Shown: positions 37,030 through 50,069, counted from the first letter of the whole stretch. The stretch is 63,716 nt of DNA, filler included, from Rhabdomonas costata (GCA_019059605.1; 36 parts of 36 records of this genome joined end to end with filler, not necessarily neighbours in it); one strand, 5' to 3'. Numbers and translations: made by a program. Notes: generated from the letters alone by a model not told the origin.

Positions 37030-37607
37030 CTAACCCCAAAGAAAAACGAATGACCCACCACGATAGGCAGTGACGACATTAGACCAAAAACANNNNNNNN
37101 NNNNNNNNNNNNNNNNNNNNNNNNNNNNNNNNNNNNTTAATTAATTAANNNNNNNNNNNNNNNNNNNNNNNNNNNNNNNNNNNNNNNNNNNNTTTGTGGT
37201 GGCAATTTTTCCTGAAATCAACTGTTTCACTTGTGGGTGGGTGGGTGTGGGTGCGAAACTAACAGCGAGTGAATGCTCAGGGAACTCGTCGGTCGTGTGT
37301 ACTTTTTCTTGTTTTTTTTTCAATGCACAAGTTGCCAGCGAATGTCAGCGTCATCAAGGAACCGCCGCCTAATGAAAAAGAGGGAGGCAGAAAATAGGAC
37401 TGTGGATGCGCGCGTGCATTGGGAAGAGGGCTGTGGCGAGGTTAGGAGTGAGAAACAGGAGCTGAAGAGTGGGACTTTGGGACCTTGTTTTTCTTCAAAA
37501 ATGATGAGCCCATCAAAGGGGTGGTCGTCTTCCTCCGGGTCGCTTTTTTATCTTGGGACGTTTTCTTTCAATGCCAACTGCGAGAGTTGCTCCCGCCCCC
37601 CCTGCAG

Positions 37608-37697
37608 GCGATGAACCGAATTATGGTGAAGGACGGTGTGCTGAAGGAGCGCAAGGAGGACATGCAGAAGGCGGAGACGCTCAAGCGACATGGCTGA
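37608..37697 (+). CDS. Terminal exon of an unidentified protein
   Basis: CAG| AMNRIMVKDGVLKERKEDMQKAETLKRHG*; G/C-ending codons like other exons here. Confidence 0.45.
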   Translation, partial: AMNRIMVKDGVLKERKEDMQKAETLKRHG

Positions 37698-38373
37698 GCT
37701 GAGCTGAGAGAAGCCCCCCACCTCCCGCGTTCCTTTGCCTGTCCCTCCTGTTTCCTTTCTGGTCAAAGGGATGGAAGCATGGAAAAACTGTCCCCAAAAC
37801 CCCCCACCGCGCGTGTTGGCCGGCTGAGTGGTTCATGTCTTCGTTTTGGTTTTGGAATTCCGGAGGTGGACAAATCAGGCCGAAACGGCAAAATGCAGAC
37901 AGCCATTTTGGAACAGATTCTGGCAACACACTTCCAGAGTTGATTTTATGGGTTTTTGGGTTTCGCTGGGGATGAGCCAGAGGTATCGAGCCAGCCGTGA
38001 TTCGTGGAACCCATGGAAGGGACGTCTGGTAACTGTCATCTTCCTTTAAGTTGGTGTGGAACAAACTGTCGGGGTGCTAAACTTGCACGTGCACAGCAGG
38101 ACGTTGCACCCACCCCCTCTTCACTTCAATGAACTTCAATGAACCATCGGCCAGTCAGACAGCAGCAGTCTCCTGCGCGCTATGCGTCCAACACGCTCCT
38201 CTCCAAAAAAACGCCCCTCATCACAGCGCTGCAAGCCAAATCATTGCCTTTATCATTTTTTTCTCACCCGTTTCTGGGCGACCCATTCTGAAAAGAGACA
38301 ACAGAACCACCTAAGGGCGAGGAAGACCGAGTGGGTCTTGCCTCCTTATCCTCCTCATTGCACTTGGGACAAT

Positions 38374-38552
38374 ATGGTGAGGCGCGAGTTCACCTTGGCC
38401 GCGCTCCTGGTGCTTGCGGTTGTGTTGCCTGCCCTGTCGCTGCCGTGGCGAAAGTCCTCAGCTTCAGCTGCGCCTCCGACCTCGTCCTCGCTGCCGTTTC
38501 GTAAGAACAGTTCTTCGGTCGTCGTGGACCTCACCGATGATCAGTTTCTAAA
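38374..38552 (+). CDS. First exon of a secretory-pathway protein, possibly thioredoxin/PDI family
   Basis: Signal peptide MVRREFTLAALLVLAVVLPALS, then VVDLTDDQF resembling the start of a thioredoxin fold; GTACCT donor. Confidence 0.55.
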
Positions 38553-38790
38553 GTACCTCAGATTTTGCGCTCACCCCCGTCCATCTCTCTCACTCTTTCA
38601 CCACCACCACCACCTTTCTCCCTCGCTCCCCACCCAAACGCACTTGAAGGACACTGGAATTTTTCTATTAAATAGGGTGTGTCGAAAGCGATCGCGAATG
38701 CTCGGCACTGCACTGCGCCACAGTCCCGTGAATAGTCCAGCAAACAACAACACAATTAATTACCGTGAGGTCAGGAGGCTTTTTCGGAGT

Positions 38791-38859
38791 TTGGGTTGCC
38801 ATTGAGTGGACAAAATACGAATTTGGAATACGAATTTTGTCCACTCAATGGCAACCCAA
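38791..38859. repeat. Inverted repeat / hairpin at contig end
   Basis: TTGGGTTGCCATTGAGTGGACAAAAT and ATTTTGTCCACTCAATGGCAACCCAA are perfect 26-bp reverse complements. Confidence 0.9.
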
Positions 38860-41050
38860 CCCNNNNNNNNNNNNNNNNNNNNNNNNNNNNNNNNNNNNNN
38901 NNNNNNTTAATTAATTAANNNNNNNNNNNNNNNNNNNNNNNNNNNNNNNNNNNNNNNNNNNNTGTGGGTGTTTGTTTGTCAGTTGGGTGTTTTAGTATCC
39001 ATAACTCCAGCTACGTGGTGTGTAGGTGTGCGGCCTTCCTCTTTGCCTGCGGTCCCTCCGGTCCCCTCGAGAGGGTCTGCCTTGCGCCATGCCTTTCGCT
39101 TCTCCTTCCGTGTTCTTTTTTGTTTAATGGTGTTCGCGCTCTGCCGTTCCCATCGTTCATTGCTTGCGGAAGTGCGGCAGTCCCGCTGTTCTGCTTACGT
39201 GGGTGACATGCTGCTACTTCTTGGCTGTGCATGCTTTGCCCGGAATTGATCGATGCATCCTTCCTTCGGTGGATGTTCTCGTTTCTCTCGGCTTCTGGCT
39301 GATGACTTCTGCCGATGAAGAATGGCCTCACACCGATAAATGCCGATGGATTGGGTGGGATTGATTCCGCATGCGGTGATGCTTTTCCTCTTTTGGTTTT
39401 CGTGGACTTCATCCAAATCAGAGCAAAAGGGCATCTTATATTTCTGCGACTTTCCTGTATCAGTCACATTGCACAGTGCACAACAAATCCTCAGCGCTGT
39501 CCACAAATTCCGCAGAGGTGACACCCAGTTGTGTGAAACAACAACCTGCAGCGATAGCCTTTAGTTTTTTTTGGTGCTCCTCGGTGAAAACTGTACCTTT
39601 GCCTCCCTCGCCTTATACAATGCTCTAACCACTGTGAATGTTGTCGTTCGTTGAAACGCGACAGTACTCGCAATGGTCACTGTGCTGTGCTGCGTAACGC
39701 GGGAGCTAGCGGCACTTCCTTTGGGAAGCCTTGCACTTTTTTTCGACGATTTGCAGTGCTTCCCCTCTGTTAGTAATGAACGTGTACTTTCTGCCGATTG
39801 TTTTTTTTACGGATGCGGCAACATCCCATCCCCCATTTACCATCTCTCGCTCACTCCGAGCCGAGTTGTTGCCCGTTGTCGTGGAAAAATGGCTGGATGT
39901 CTTCTTCCCAGGCAAGCCCTCCAAAGCGGGTACGCCCTGCTCTTGGGGGACTGGGACGCCGTGTAGTGCATTCCCCAGGACATATTCCAGCTGGGGTGGA
40001 GGGACAAAGTCAGCCCTAGGGTTCCTAGAACCACCACCAATATTAAAGAGAGGCAGACCATGGGGACAATTTTATGGGAGGGAGAGATGCTGAACGTTTA
40101 ACGGCGTTAAACGTCATGTCACCTTGTCCCTTGATTGGGTGGCATTATTTCCTGGGAAGAGGCCAGTCCACAGCGCCGACGGGGAATGATGCATCTCTAT
40201 GACTTTCTGTGTTTAACGACAAAAACAATCTGTGGTTAGTACCGTTAACGGTGTTAAACGTTTAACAGCGTTCAATCCACTTCTTCCCAATTCTACCCAG
40301 CAACGAAATTCGCCGGCGGGCTACTGCGCTACTACGGGCACATCCGTTGTCTGCCACCAGGACGCGCACCCAAGCGGGCCCTTGTGAAAAAAGCTCCCTG
40401 TGCCGACCAACGGGGTCGCCCCGCACTACCTGGATCCAACTTCTTGAGGCGGATGCAGCAATATGGGAATAACCTTGCAGTAGCTGCAGCAACTAGTTCT
40501 GGACTGCGAGAGGGATCCGCAGTGCGTCGTTTAAGCCGACCGTTCAAACGACAGCCAAAGCGCCTTCTCCTGACCCAGCCAAGCCCTTAACGCACGTGTC
40601 ACCCAAAATATTGGATTTTCCTCCAAACCCCCNNNNNNNNNNNNNNNNNNNNNNNNNNNNNNNNNNNNNNNNNNNNTTAATTAATTAANNNNNNNNNNNN
40701 NNNNNNNNNNNNNNNNNNNNNNNNNNNNNNNNTGCTGGACGGAGGTTCTTGGGAAACCTCCATGGTGCACTAAACCGCAGTTCTTGGGAGCTCCAACTCT
40801 CTGCGCTGGCCCAGTCTGCTTATCGCTCGGTGGCCTCATTCAACTCTTCTTCTGCCATACACACACAAACACAGCAGGAAGGCGTGTCCTTCTGAGCTTG
40901 CACCCGTGGAGCTGTGGTGCCAGTACGTCACTGCAGATTGGCTGAGGCAAGGCCGCAACGACGCGTAGAATGCACCTGTAGTTGTCTGTATCATGGGGGG
41001 AAGCTCGGGGAAGGGGGGGGGAGGTTAAGGGAGAAGCGCAATCACACCCA

Positions 41051-42402
41051 AGGGGCAGACGCCGCCGCGGTAGTCGTTGAAAGTTGGGTTGGGCTGCGGG
41101 CTGGCTGTGTAGCAGATGAAGCCTGCTGAGCAGATCCCGGTGATGACTCCATAGGTGCAGTACGAGCCGTTGATACCTAAAGGAAGAGAGCACACCGCAA
41201 AAAACAACAAAGGGTATCGGCAAAACCCGGGGTCCACCTGTGCCGCCCCCGAAACACAGGGCCGCAAAACCAACAAAGGGTGTGCCGGTCAGGGATGCCA
41301 TTACCAGGCGTTCCACCGTCTGTGCAGCTGCCGTCGAGTCGAGAACCGAGAATCCATTAAACACAAACAGCCATACCCGACAACAATGCGGTGGGCATAG
41401 GTCTTCTGCTGGAATTCTGACAGCCCACAACGCTTAATATCACACCGCATGGAAAGTCAGCATAATTTCCGCCTCCATCCCCCTCCCGCTCCCCTCCATT
41501 TTTCAGGAGCATACAGGGCAGGCACTGCCGCTGGTCCCTGAGCCCGGTCTGGTAGGAATACGTGCCGTTCTGGCACGGGACAGGGGCCCCAGTGCCCGGC
41601 CCACAGACGAAGTTGGCAGGGCACAGCGTGGGCTGCACAGCATTCTCAATGCAGTAGTACGCTGCACAAACACAACGATGTGATGGCATTAGTAGTAAAA
41701 GAAAGGTGTAGGACAGCTGCGGTGATTCACGTTAACTTCTTTCTCGTTCGTTGTATGTTGTACAACAACGCGCAATGCTATTCATTTATGCTGCACAGAA
41801 TTCGACAGGAATTATTAGGTCATTAGGTCGCTTGACAAGTCGAACCAGATTCTGACAGCAAAAGCAGCTATGAAGACTGCAAATCCTGGAGGAGGGGGAC
41901 CTTCGGGGCAGATCTGGCAACTTCCCTGTGTGGTCCAGGACTGGAATGTCCCGTCGGGGCAGCCCACGGGGTAGGTGGTTCCCGCGGGGCAGTAGTGACC
42001 GGTCGGGCTGCGCCACGCACACAACGCAAAAAAACAACAACATAAGATTCAAGTCATACAACGCTTGAATGGTTCCCGCGGGGCAGTAGTGACCGGTCGG
42101 GCTGCGCCACGCACACAACGCAAAAAAACCCCCCCATAAGATTCAAGCCATACAGCGCTTGAAGGCATGCTAGACACACTTGCATCCAACCACATCCGCT
42201 TCCGCAGATGTGCCCATCAACCGCCGCACTCTTGAGATCCACGCTGACACACAATTCACACACTCAAAGGAAGTGCACACACATACCAAGGGAAGGCGGC
42301 CGGGGTGCTAGTGTTCTGCCCACCGGGGCAGAACCACCCCGAGGCGCATGCCCCGGAGGGCCTCTGCAGCCCCAGCTGGGCGCAGTACGAGCCCCCCCAC
42401 AA
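41051..42402 (-). CDS. Cysteine-rich repeat surface protein (CPxGxYC / GCC2-GCC3-like), four exons, partial
   Basis: In-phase GT-AG exons: GSYCAQLGLQRPSGACASGWFCPGG...FPC|PTGHYCPAGTTYPVGCPDGTFQ...|YYCIENAVQPTLCPANFVCGPGT...CQNGTYS...|CINGSYC...CPLG. Confidence 0.88.
41976..42162. repeat. 94-bp tandem duplication spanning a splice acceptor
   Basis: TGGTTCCCGCGGGGCAGTAGTGACCGGTCGGGCTGCGCCACGCACACAACGCAAAAAAAC... begins at both 41976 and 42070, with a few substitutions further on. Confidence 0.92.
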
Positions 42403-43078
42403 NNNNNNNNNNNNNNNNNNNNNNNNNNNNNNNNNNNNNNNNNNNNTTAATTAATTAANNNNNNNNNNNNNNNNNNNNNNNNNNNNNNNNNNNNNNNNNN
42501 NNGTTTTTTTGTCAAACGTAAATTCTTCAAAAAGGGAGACGCCAGAGGGTCCCCCTTCTGGCTATACACGCAGCTTCCCACAGAATGCCTGGGCTGAAAC
42601 TAAGACCCATTCGAAAGAAGTCCTGATCCCCCCCGTCTTGGTCCTAATGGGTCTTTAGGGCAGAGCTTGCGTCACATCGAGATGATGTGGAGCCAATGTT
42701 TTCTCCTCATTGTTTTCACATTTTTTTCATAGAAATTTGAAATGTACCGTCATTTGAAATGTAACGTCAGAGTATTAATGATGGATTATGACAGTAAAAG
42801 GGAGGGCGGGGTGAACCCTTAGGAGAGGGTGGAAAGGGGGGCATGACTAAATTGATTTTGATTTATGCTCAATCCTCTCAGTACCCTTTCACCATTGTAT
42901 TTTGAGCGTGTGTGTGTGTGTGTGTGTGTGTGTGGTGGTTACCCTTTACACCGTGTATATACACTATGTGAAGTGTGTGTTTCCGTGGCTTCGAGAGTAT
43001 TGGGTTTGGAAGGTTACAGCGGAAAATCTCTCCAGCTGAAATCTCTCCCTCTCTCTCCCTCCTCACTTCTTTTCTCAG

Positions 43079-43482
43079 GATTTTACCCTTTTCCTCACGA
43101 CACCTTGAGTCCCGAGGAGCTCACTGGGATTCCCGGGGCCCTTTCGGATCAGCAGCTTTACTTTGGTCAGCACCCCCGTTTTTCGCTTTGTTTTGTGTTT
43201 CAAAATTGAATTAGCGCCATTTTTTTTGCTTGGATTGTAGATACTAGGGTGGAGTTGCTGACCAAGTGGTTTGTTAGCCACAATGAGATCATCGAAGCAA
43301 ATTCAAGTCTGGAGGTATTTTGGCGCAACCGGCGTACTCCTCTTTGAAGCCTCCAGATTCCAGCAACCTTCCTTGCACTTACCTGTTCATTTTCACTGCA
43401 GGATAAGCCTATAGATATAATCACCGCGGTTCTTTCGTTTTTGGAACGCCACGGACATCTCAATTATGGAATTCTGCCAGCA
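43079..43482 (+). CDS. SWIRM domain (LSD1/KDM1-like), three exons
   Basis: Exons 43079-43165, 43241-43314 and 43402-~43482 join in phase: FPHDTLSPEE...QQLYFDTRVELLTKW...IITAVLSFLERHGHLNYGIL, matching the SWIRM PxDxxSxxE...R...W...FLERxGxINxG pattern. Confidence 0.8.
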
Positions 43483-43832
43483 AGTGTGTTTTCTGTGACA
43501 CCGACTCTTTCCACCTGGGTGGATGTCCCCCCAAGTCAAAGAAAACTCCATCCAATCTCATCCATGTTCCACTCGGTGGACACGCACACACACACACACT
43601 CACTTGCTGTTCTCGCTCCCTGCCAAACATCTCCTTCAAGCCCACTTCTTTATTGCAATGTCTTTCATTTCTTGAACTCCACCGATAATTCCTCGAAAAT
43701 ATTCAAGCAATAAAATAATCCACCTGTATAAACGAAAAGTATTAAGGAGTTGATCTGAATCCATTTTTGTCCGTTTGAAAGACAACGCAAATATTTCTGG
43801 ATAGGATTTTTGCAAAGTCGTCATGTGGTTTT

Positions 43833-44029
43833 ATGGCTGATTTTTACCGCTTACGACTGAATTCACACCTTTTGAACAGAGTGTACGCTGCAACTAAAGA
43901 AGCAGAAGAATGCAGATCGAGGGAGACGCTTGCTTGCTGCAAAATACAGTCGATGTTTCGCATGGTTGCAAAGCGAAGACGGTTTTTGCTGATAAGAGCA
44001 AGCTGCATACACATTCAGCGTGCATTCAG
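43833..44029 (+). CDS. IQ-motif protein, SPATA17-like, first exon
   Basis: ATG start; two IQ motifs (KIQSMFRM, HIQRAFR) after a short N-terminal helix; |GTACCC donor. Confidence 0.7.
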
Positions 44030-44529
44030 GTACCCTTTTTTCCTCCGAGTTGGAAGGCTGGAAGGTGAACAAGGAGGAAGTATGGGTCCCCTCGACTGGT
44101 GGAAATCCTCAGGCCTCCGATTGTCAGAAGGGGAAGATGATCGGGTCAGCTTCGTCCGAAGAGGTGACAACACAAAANNNNNNNNNNNNNNNNNNNNNNN
44201 NNNNNNNNNNNNNNNNNNNNNTTAATTAATTAANNNNNNNNNNNNNNNNNNNNNNNNNNNNNNNNNNNNNNNNNNNNGAAGCTTGTATGAAAGGTTGTAT
44301 GCTTGACATCAATGAGGCAAAAAATGACGAATTTGTTTATGTTTTGCATGAATGCAACGCAAATGGGGGGAGGGGGGGCTGTTGGGTGCAGCTGCCGAAA
44401 TGCGTGGTTGCAATGACACAAGCCCTTTGCCTGAAACGTGAAGGAAACACCCAGGAAATACTGCAAAAGAATTTTTGCGAGGGAGGTAGGGAGGTGAGAA
44501 AGGTTGAGGAAGGTGGGCAGGGCGAGTAC

Positions 44530-44700
44530 CTGAGCGGACCAGAACACTTGGTCCAGCACAAAGTTTTCTGAAGTTCGGCGATTGGTGATCGAAACAGTGC
44601 TTCCCGAAGTCACTTCCACGCATGGCGGATCGTTGGATTCCGCCTCTGCCTCAGTGAACGGCCGCACTCGCAGGGCAACACGAACTCGCTCTGCAGCCAT
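44530..44700 (-). CDS. Kinesin motor domain, first exon
   Basis: MAAERVRVALRVRPFTEAE...ENFVLDQVFWS; VxVxxRVRP and FxFDxVF kinesin motifs; GT donor. Confidence 0.9.
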
Positions 44701-47700
44701 CTTCAAGGAACCACTCATGGGTTGGGTCGAAGGCGGATCCGACGAAAAGGAGGAGCATGCGTGGGGGGCATTCACTCCACTGGGGTACGTTCAAGTGAAG
44801 GGAAATTCTCTTACACACTCTTACACGCACAGTCACAAGTACATAACCTGGAAACAAAAGCGTGAACCTTCTTTTCCCGCAACTCTACCAACTGATTTCA
44901 ACTGAATCAGAAATCCAAACCGCCCACTTGCCTCTTGCGTCTATGAACACGATCTACCTGGACGGTAATAGAGCTTCCGCAAAGACGTCATCTCACGCTG
45001 GAGCTTCCAGGCAATCAAGAATGACTTTGGTGTCTCTAAGGCCGGAAACAGTCCCGAAAAATCGGAAACTGTAGACTGTTGGAAAATTGACTTTGAGCTT
45101 TTCAGAATGCAAAGGAAATTGGATAATCCTTTTTTTGGCTGCAATTGAAGCCGATATATAGGTCCGGGGTTTCCCAAAACGCTGTGTGAGCCTCACGCCC
45201 TACCCCCTTGGCGGCTCTTCCTTTTAATTTTACATATTTTATACCACCAATATAAAACTTTCTCCAATATGTACTACTCACATCCCGTTGTTCTTTGACA
45301 TCTCGCCGCTGATACGCACTACAAACAGACACCTGCATAAAACGAAAGTTTTAATTGACGTAACCTACTCATCCAGAAGAACAAAAGAAATCTCTGTTCT
45401 AGGATTTCTATTCCAACGAAAGAAATGGAAACCCGCGTCCATGTTTAATTTGCAGGATGCAAACTCTTGCAGGTAGAAAAGTAAAAAAAAACCAAAACAT
45501 TTTTATATTTTATAACTTTGAACAATTGTTTTCACTGTTTGTTTCCATTTTGGCGGCTTGCCCACCCCACCCGCAGGAATCAGGAGGCTAGTGAGGTTTA
45601 ATGTGCGAATTTTTTTAAGCGACGATTTTATTAGGAGGTATTTATCCCCTTCATGGGGGTTTACCCCCTCAGAATGAGAATGGTTGCGTAAAAACCGCTG
45701 AGGGAGGATCCGGACTCACTCTGCGACATGGGATTATCTCGCCCTTTACGCACACAAGCACTGCTGACACCGTTTCTCTTCCCCTGGCTCAATTTCTTCC
45801 AGAAGCATTTCTCCTACCATCTGGTGGGTCCGATGCACTTTTTCAGGGGTTTAAACGATGTAAGTACGATAAATATTTTGGCAAATTTAAACCGTTTAAC
45901 GTTGTGAAACCGTCTAACCGCGATGAACGATAAGGCTCAAAACCAACNNNNNNNNNNNNNNNNNNNNNNNNNNNNNNNNNNNNNNNNNNNNTTAATTAAT
46001 TAANNNNNNNNNNNNNNNNNNNNNNNNNNNNNNNNNNNNNNNNNNNNTGTGGGTTGGCGGCGCACGTGCCCCCCCCCCTGGGAGAAGTTGTTTGGTCTCA
46101 CAAGGGATTAGGAGGCGATGCACGTTAGAATTGTAAGGTATTGCCCTGGTCAATTGCCCGACCTACGTGCTCAAGAGCAATTGCCCTTCCCCCCCCCCCC
46201 AGGGCGTGCGTTGACTAACATTTTTCGCGGCCTCTTTCGGCTTTTGTCCTTCATTTGTCTTCAAAAACGTCAGTGTCATGTCTCATATCAAAGTCACCAA
46301 GACCACCCTTCAACAATATTCTTGGAAAATCCCAAACACTCAGACTGCGCATGGTGATAGTAAATACAATCGCCTTTTTTGACCTCACTATCGGGGGTGG
46401 GGTGCAGACCAAGGCCGCCCCTGTGCAGCGTCCCAAGTTCCATCTTTGTCAATGAACTCCATTAAATCCAAGCTCATAACAACGTCCTTTTAACTTTTTA
46501 AACTGTAAAAGTAGAAGCCATACCAATTTCCCTCAGAAAAGACCTTCGAGACAAACACAGAGTATACCAACGCACAAGTTGGCGGCGTAACTCTTTTCAC
46601 GGGTTTGAAGTAGCTATTCGAAAAATTTTGCCTTCTCTAAGAACAAAATAAAAATGTTAGCTAAATGGAATGAAGCAACACCTTGTCAAAAAGGTTGAAT
46701 GCTTCTTTGTACTCTGTGATCTGCTCCTGGGAAAGTTCGTCCATAGGAGGCTAGACTTCTCGTCAGAATTGTTTTGTGTCCGTTGTAAAATACTACATTT
46801 TACAGGGAACCGCCAAATATAAAACTCCGCAACAAAAAATCAATTTGAGAATCTCCCCGAATATTAGCGGTAAACCCGGCGCATTGGCTTCTCCTTTCGG
46901 ATGGCTTCGTGATTCTGACGTGAACTGGCTTGACTAGGACTCGTATCACGGTTTCTGCACTGCAATTTTGAATTCGCAAGGGTGTTTCTGTCGCGGTGTA
47001 GGTCTCAATTTTGGGGGCTCTCCCGAAGGGAGGAAGATGAGATTCGCTGTGAATACGACATGCCCCCCCCCCCGCGGGTTGGCAAAGTCGTCGAGTTCTT
47101 TGAGAATCTTCCCCACACCGGCACCCTAACTAGCCGTTTTCAAAAGCTGCGAAAAGGCCCTTCGTCGGTTTTCCGTTCGAGGCGGTACCTGGAGGAGCGG
47201 GAGTACCCGAAAGTTGGTCTGCGTCTTTCTCCCAGACAGAAGCACAACACTAAGAACGAGGCATTCGGCTAAATTGGGCCCCACACGTCACCAGTTGATG
47301 GACCATGGTACACAGCCTCCTGACCGGTGTGGGCAGACTGTGCCTATGCATGCGACTATGCAGGGGCCACTGGACCCTGGCTGTAATCGCGTTACGCAAT
47401 TCGCACAAGTTGCCCTGACGGATGACTTTTGAGAAGCTTCTGTGAGTGGGTTACTCTTAAACACTTCACGTAGAAGTGGGAGAGTATGGCCTCCAGTAAA
47501 AGGGGTAAATATTGCGATTGTACCCCGCCCTACAGCAGGGGTGCTTTTGCCTAAACAGAGGTAAAAGCAGCAGGGCTGACACTCAAGCGTGCAAACAAGG
47601 AAACTCGAAAACAATCACACACTTCGGAAAGCCTCACTGACCCGTTGCTGGACACGTACACCCATGTGCCTCGCGCCCCGATACCTCGGACCATTGCGGG

Positions 47701-49604
47701 GTTCCCACAAAACCACNNNNNNNNNNNNNNNNNNNNNNNNNNNNNNNNNNNNNNNNNNNNTTAATTAATTAANNNNNNNNNNNNNNNNNNNNNNNNNNNN
47801 NNNNNNNNNNNNNNNNTTTGTTTGGTAATAGCACTGTCACTGTCGGTGCACCTTGCACTTTTTGTTGTACTCAGATTTCAGGGTTTTGAAGAATTTGTTT
47901 TGAAGATCTTCTCAAGTCGAAGGAAAGGAAGGCGAAATATAGCAACTGTGGAGTGCACTGACAACAGCATTGAGCAAGACGGCGCACTGGAAAAAATTTA
48001 AACGCTGTCAATCCCATTTCATGAGGCAGTGTGCAGGTCATAAAAACTGCGCCGGCCGCTACTTCATTGCAGAGCGCAGGACCTGCGGCCTTCCATATCG
48101 CAGAGAAGGGAGCAGCACCCCCTCCTGTGGCGAGGAGGCCCAAAGAGGGAGGAGGAATTAGTGCCACCGTAGAGAGCTGCAGCGCGGCGTGGTCGTACGG
48201 GACGCGGTGTGTGGTGTGCAGCAGGCCCACAAAGGGGCTGCCAAAGATAGGACAGTCCGCACCGAGCACGCACAGGTCAAGAACCTGAGGGCGTTCTGGC
48301 ATCTGCGAAAAAAGAACTGACTGGATGGGCTGTGCCGCAGCAGGTAAGATCGAAGGACAAACAACAGAACAAAAACCACGGCAAATAGAAGAGTAGGGAA
48401 AGGTTTGAAGATGAGCATGCACGAAGAAAAGAAAAAACATTTCAACGAAGACGAGGAGTTATCAACTTTTTGCCGTCAAAGCTCCTCCGTCTCTTCGTCA
48501 AAAAATGTAAACATCCCATACATCTTCTGTACCATGCGCAATCGACAAATGAAGGAAGCAATGGATGCAGCAATTTCCGTAAAAATGGAAACAACCATTC
48601 CGGGCAGAGGCAAAAAAGAAATAATACACACCAGCTCATCTATTCAATGCAAAAATAGAGACATCTCAACGCTTCAGAGGATGTCTTGGAAAGACCGGCG
48701 TGCACTGTGATCTGAACATACATCTGATAATGCAATTGATTGTATCAACAGGAGAGAATATGCACATGCGAATACGCAATTCAAGTACAGGTTCACGTAA
48801 TTGACCAACGGTGGCCATGAAAACCCAGCAAAAGCGGCAAGTGGGACTAGACATCACGGACAACATGCCTGGGTCGCTGCTGTGCATGAGGGCAGCTTGA
48901 ACCCCACCACCACGGCTTCCACACCACACTCTCTCAGCCTATTCGGGGCCGCTGCGGCAGTCGGCTTGGCGGCCTTTCCTGTCGCGTGCTTGCCCACGGG
49001 CCCTGCCGCTGCCAGTAATGGAGTCGGAGCCTCTACCAAGCGAAACCACACCACATCCATCACGTGAGCCACCGCGCATAGCGCCACCCCGTACACGCTG
49101 TGAACCGCGGGACTGACCACGCCGTCCACAGAGAAGGCCTTGCCACATGGGCACAGGGCACGCGCGGCACACGCCCCGACATCCCCGTTCGGGTCGCAAA
49201 GGATGCGGGAGGGGGACGTCCGGACTGAGTTGAGGGTGGGAACTGAGTCTCTTTCAGGCGCACCTCTCTATCTTTCACTGGAAGGTATGTGCACGGTTAG
49301 CGGAAATTCTTGGAACTATAATCTCCATCCGTCCAACCACAAAAGAATACTACCTATACTGATTAATTCGCGTTTACGTATTTTTTGAGACCTTCTGAGT
49401 TTGGAGACAGTGCATACCATGATGATGAATAAGCATTTCAAGTGATTGCGCACAACCCTTATTCACCACCAAGTCCCCACACAAACNNNNNNNNNNNNNN
49501 NNNNNNNNNNNNNNNNNNNNNNNNNNNNNNTTAATTAATTAANNNNNNNNNNNNNNNNNNNNNNNNNNNNNNNNNNNNNNNNNNNNGTGGTGGGTGTGTT
49601 TGGT

Positions 49605-49605
<1 letters not shown>

Positions 49606-49689
<84 letters not shown>
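49606..49689. repeat. (GT)n microsatellite
   Basis: Directly visible; similar tracts at about 42908-42933 and 62236-62276. Confidence 0.95.
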
Positions 49690-49690
<1 letters not shown>

Positions 49691-50069
49691 CTCGGAGGAG
49701 GTACTGTACTACTTGTGGACGAACTTTTCAACTGTAATTAAGTCATTCATCGGTGGGGCTGTTCATTGTCCAGGCACAATAGGGTACCCCAGCGATTTAT
49801 CTGGCATGTGTGGCCAACAAAGGGTGTTCGTCACATTCGCCGGATTGGGCTGATTTCGAGTTTTCGGGCAGTTTCGGGCAGGGTTCATCCGATTTGGATA
49901 AGCTAACTGCTGGGGCTGTGAAGTGCATGTTTAATCGAATCTCTTTTCTCCATCTGACTTTGGCGGGTTCCCTGCAGATTCGTGCGGGTGTTGCTGGCTA
50001 TTTTTTGAACGACGACAGCTGTTCTGATTTTTTTTCTGGTGTCAACTGTGTCTCTGTTGTCTGCTGGAA

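Noticed and set aside
42287-42312. Apparent non-canonical intron border in the Cys-rich gene
   Set aside because: Extending the exon to 42287 gives a normal TG|GTATGT donor in the right phase; no euglenid-type non-conventional intron could be demonstrated in this window.
46351-46401. MVIVNTIAFFDLTIGGG as a cyclophilin first exon
   Set aside because: Resembles FFDITIGG, but it is only 17 codons and I found no following cyclophilin exon in the contig.
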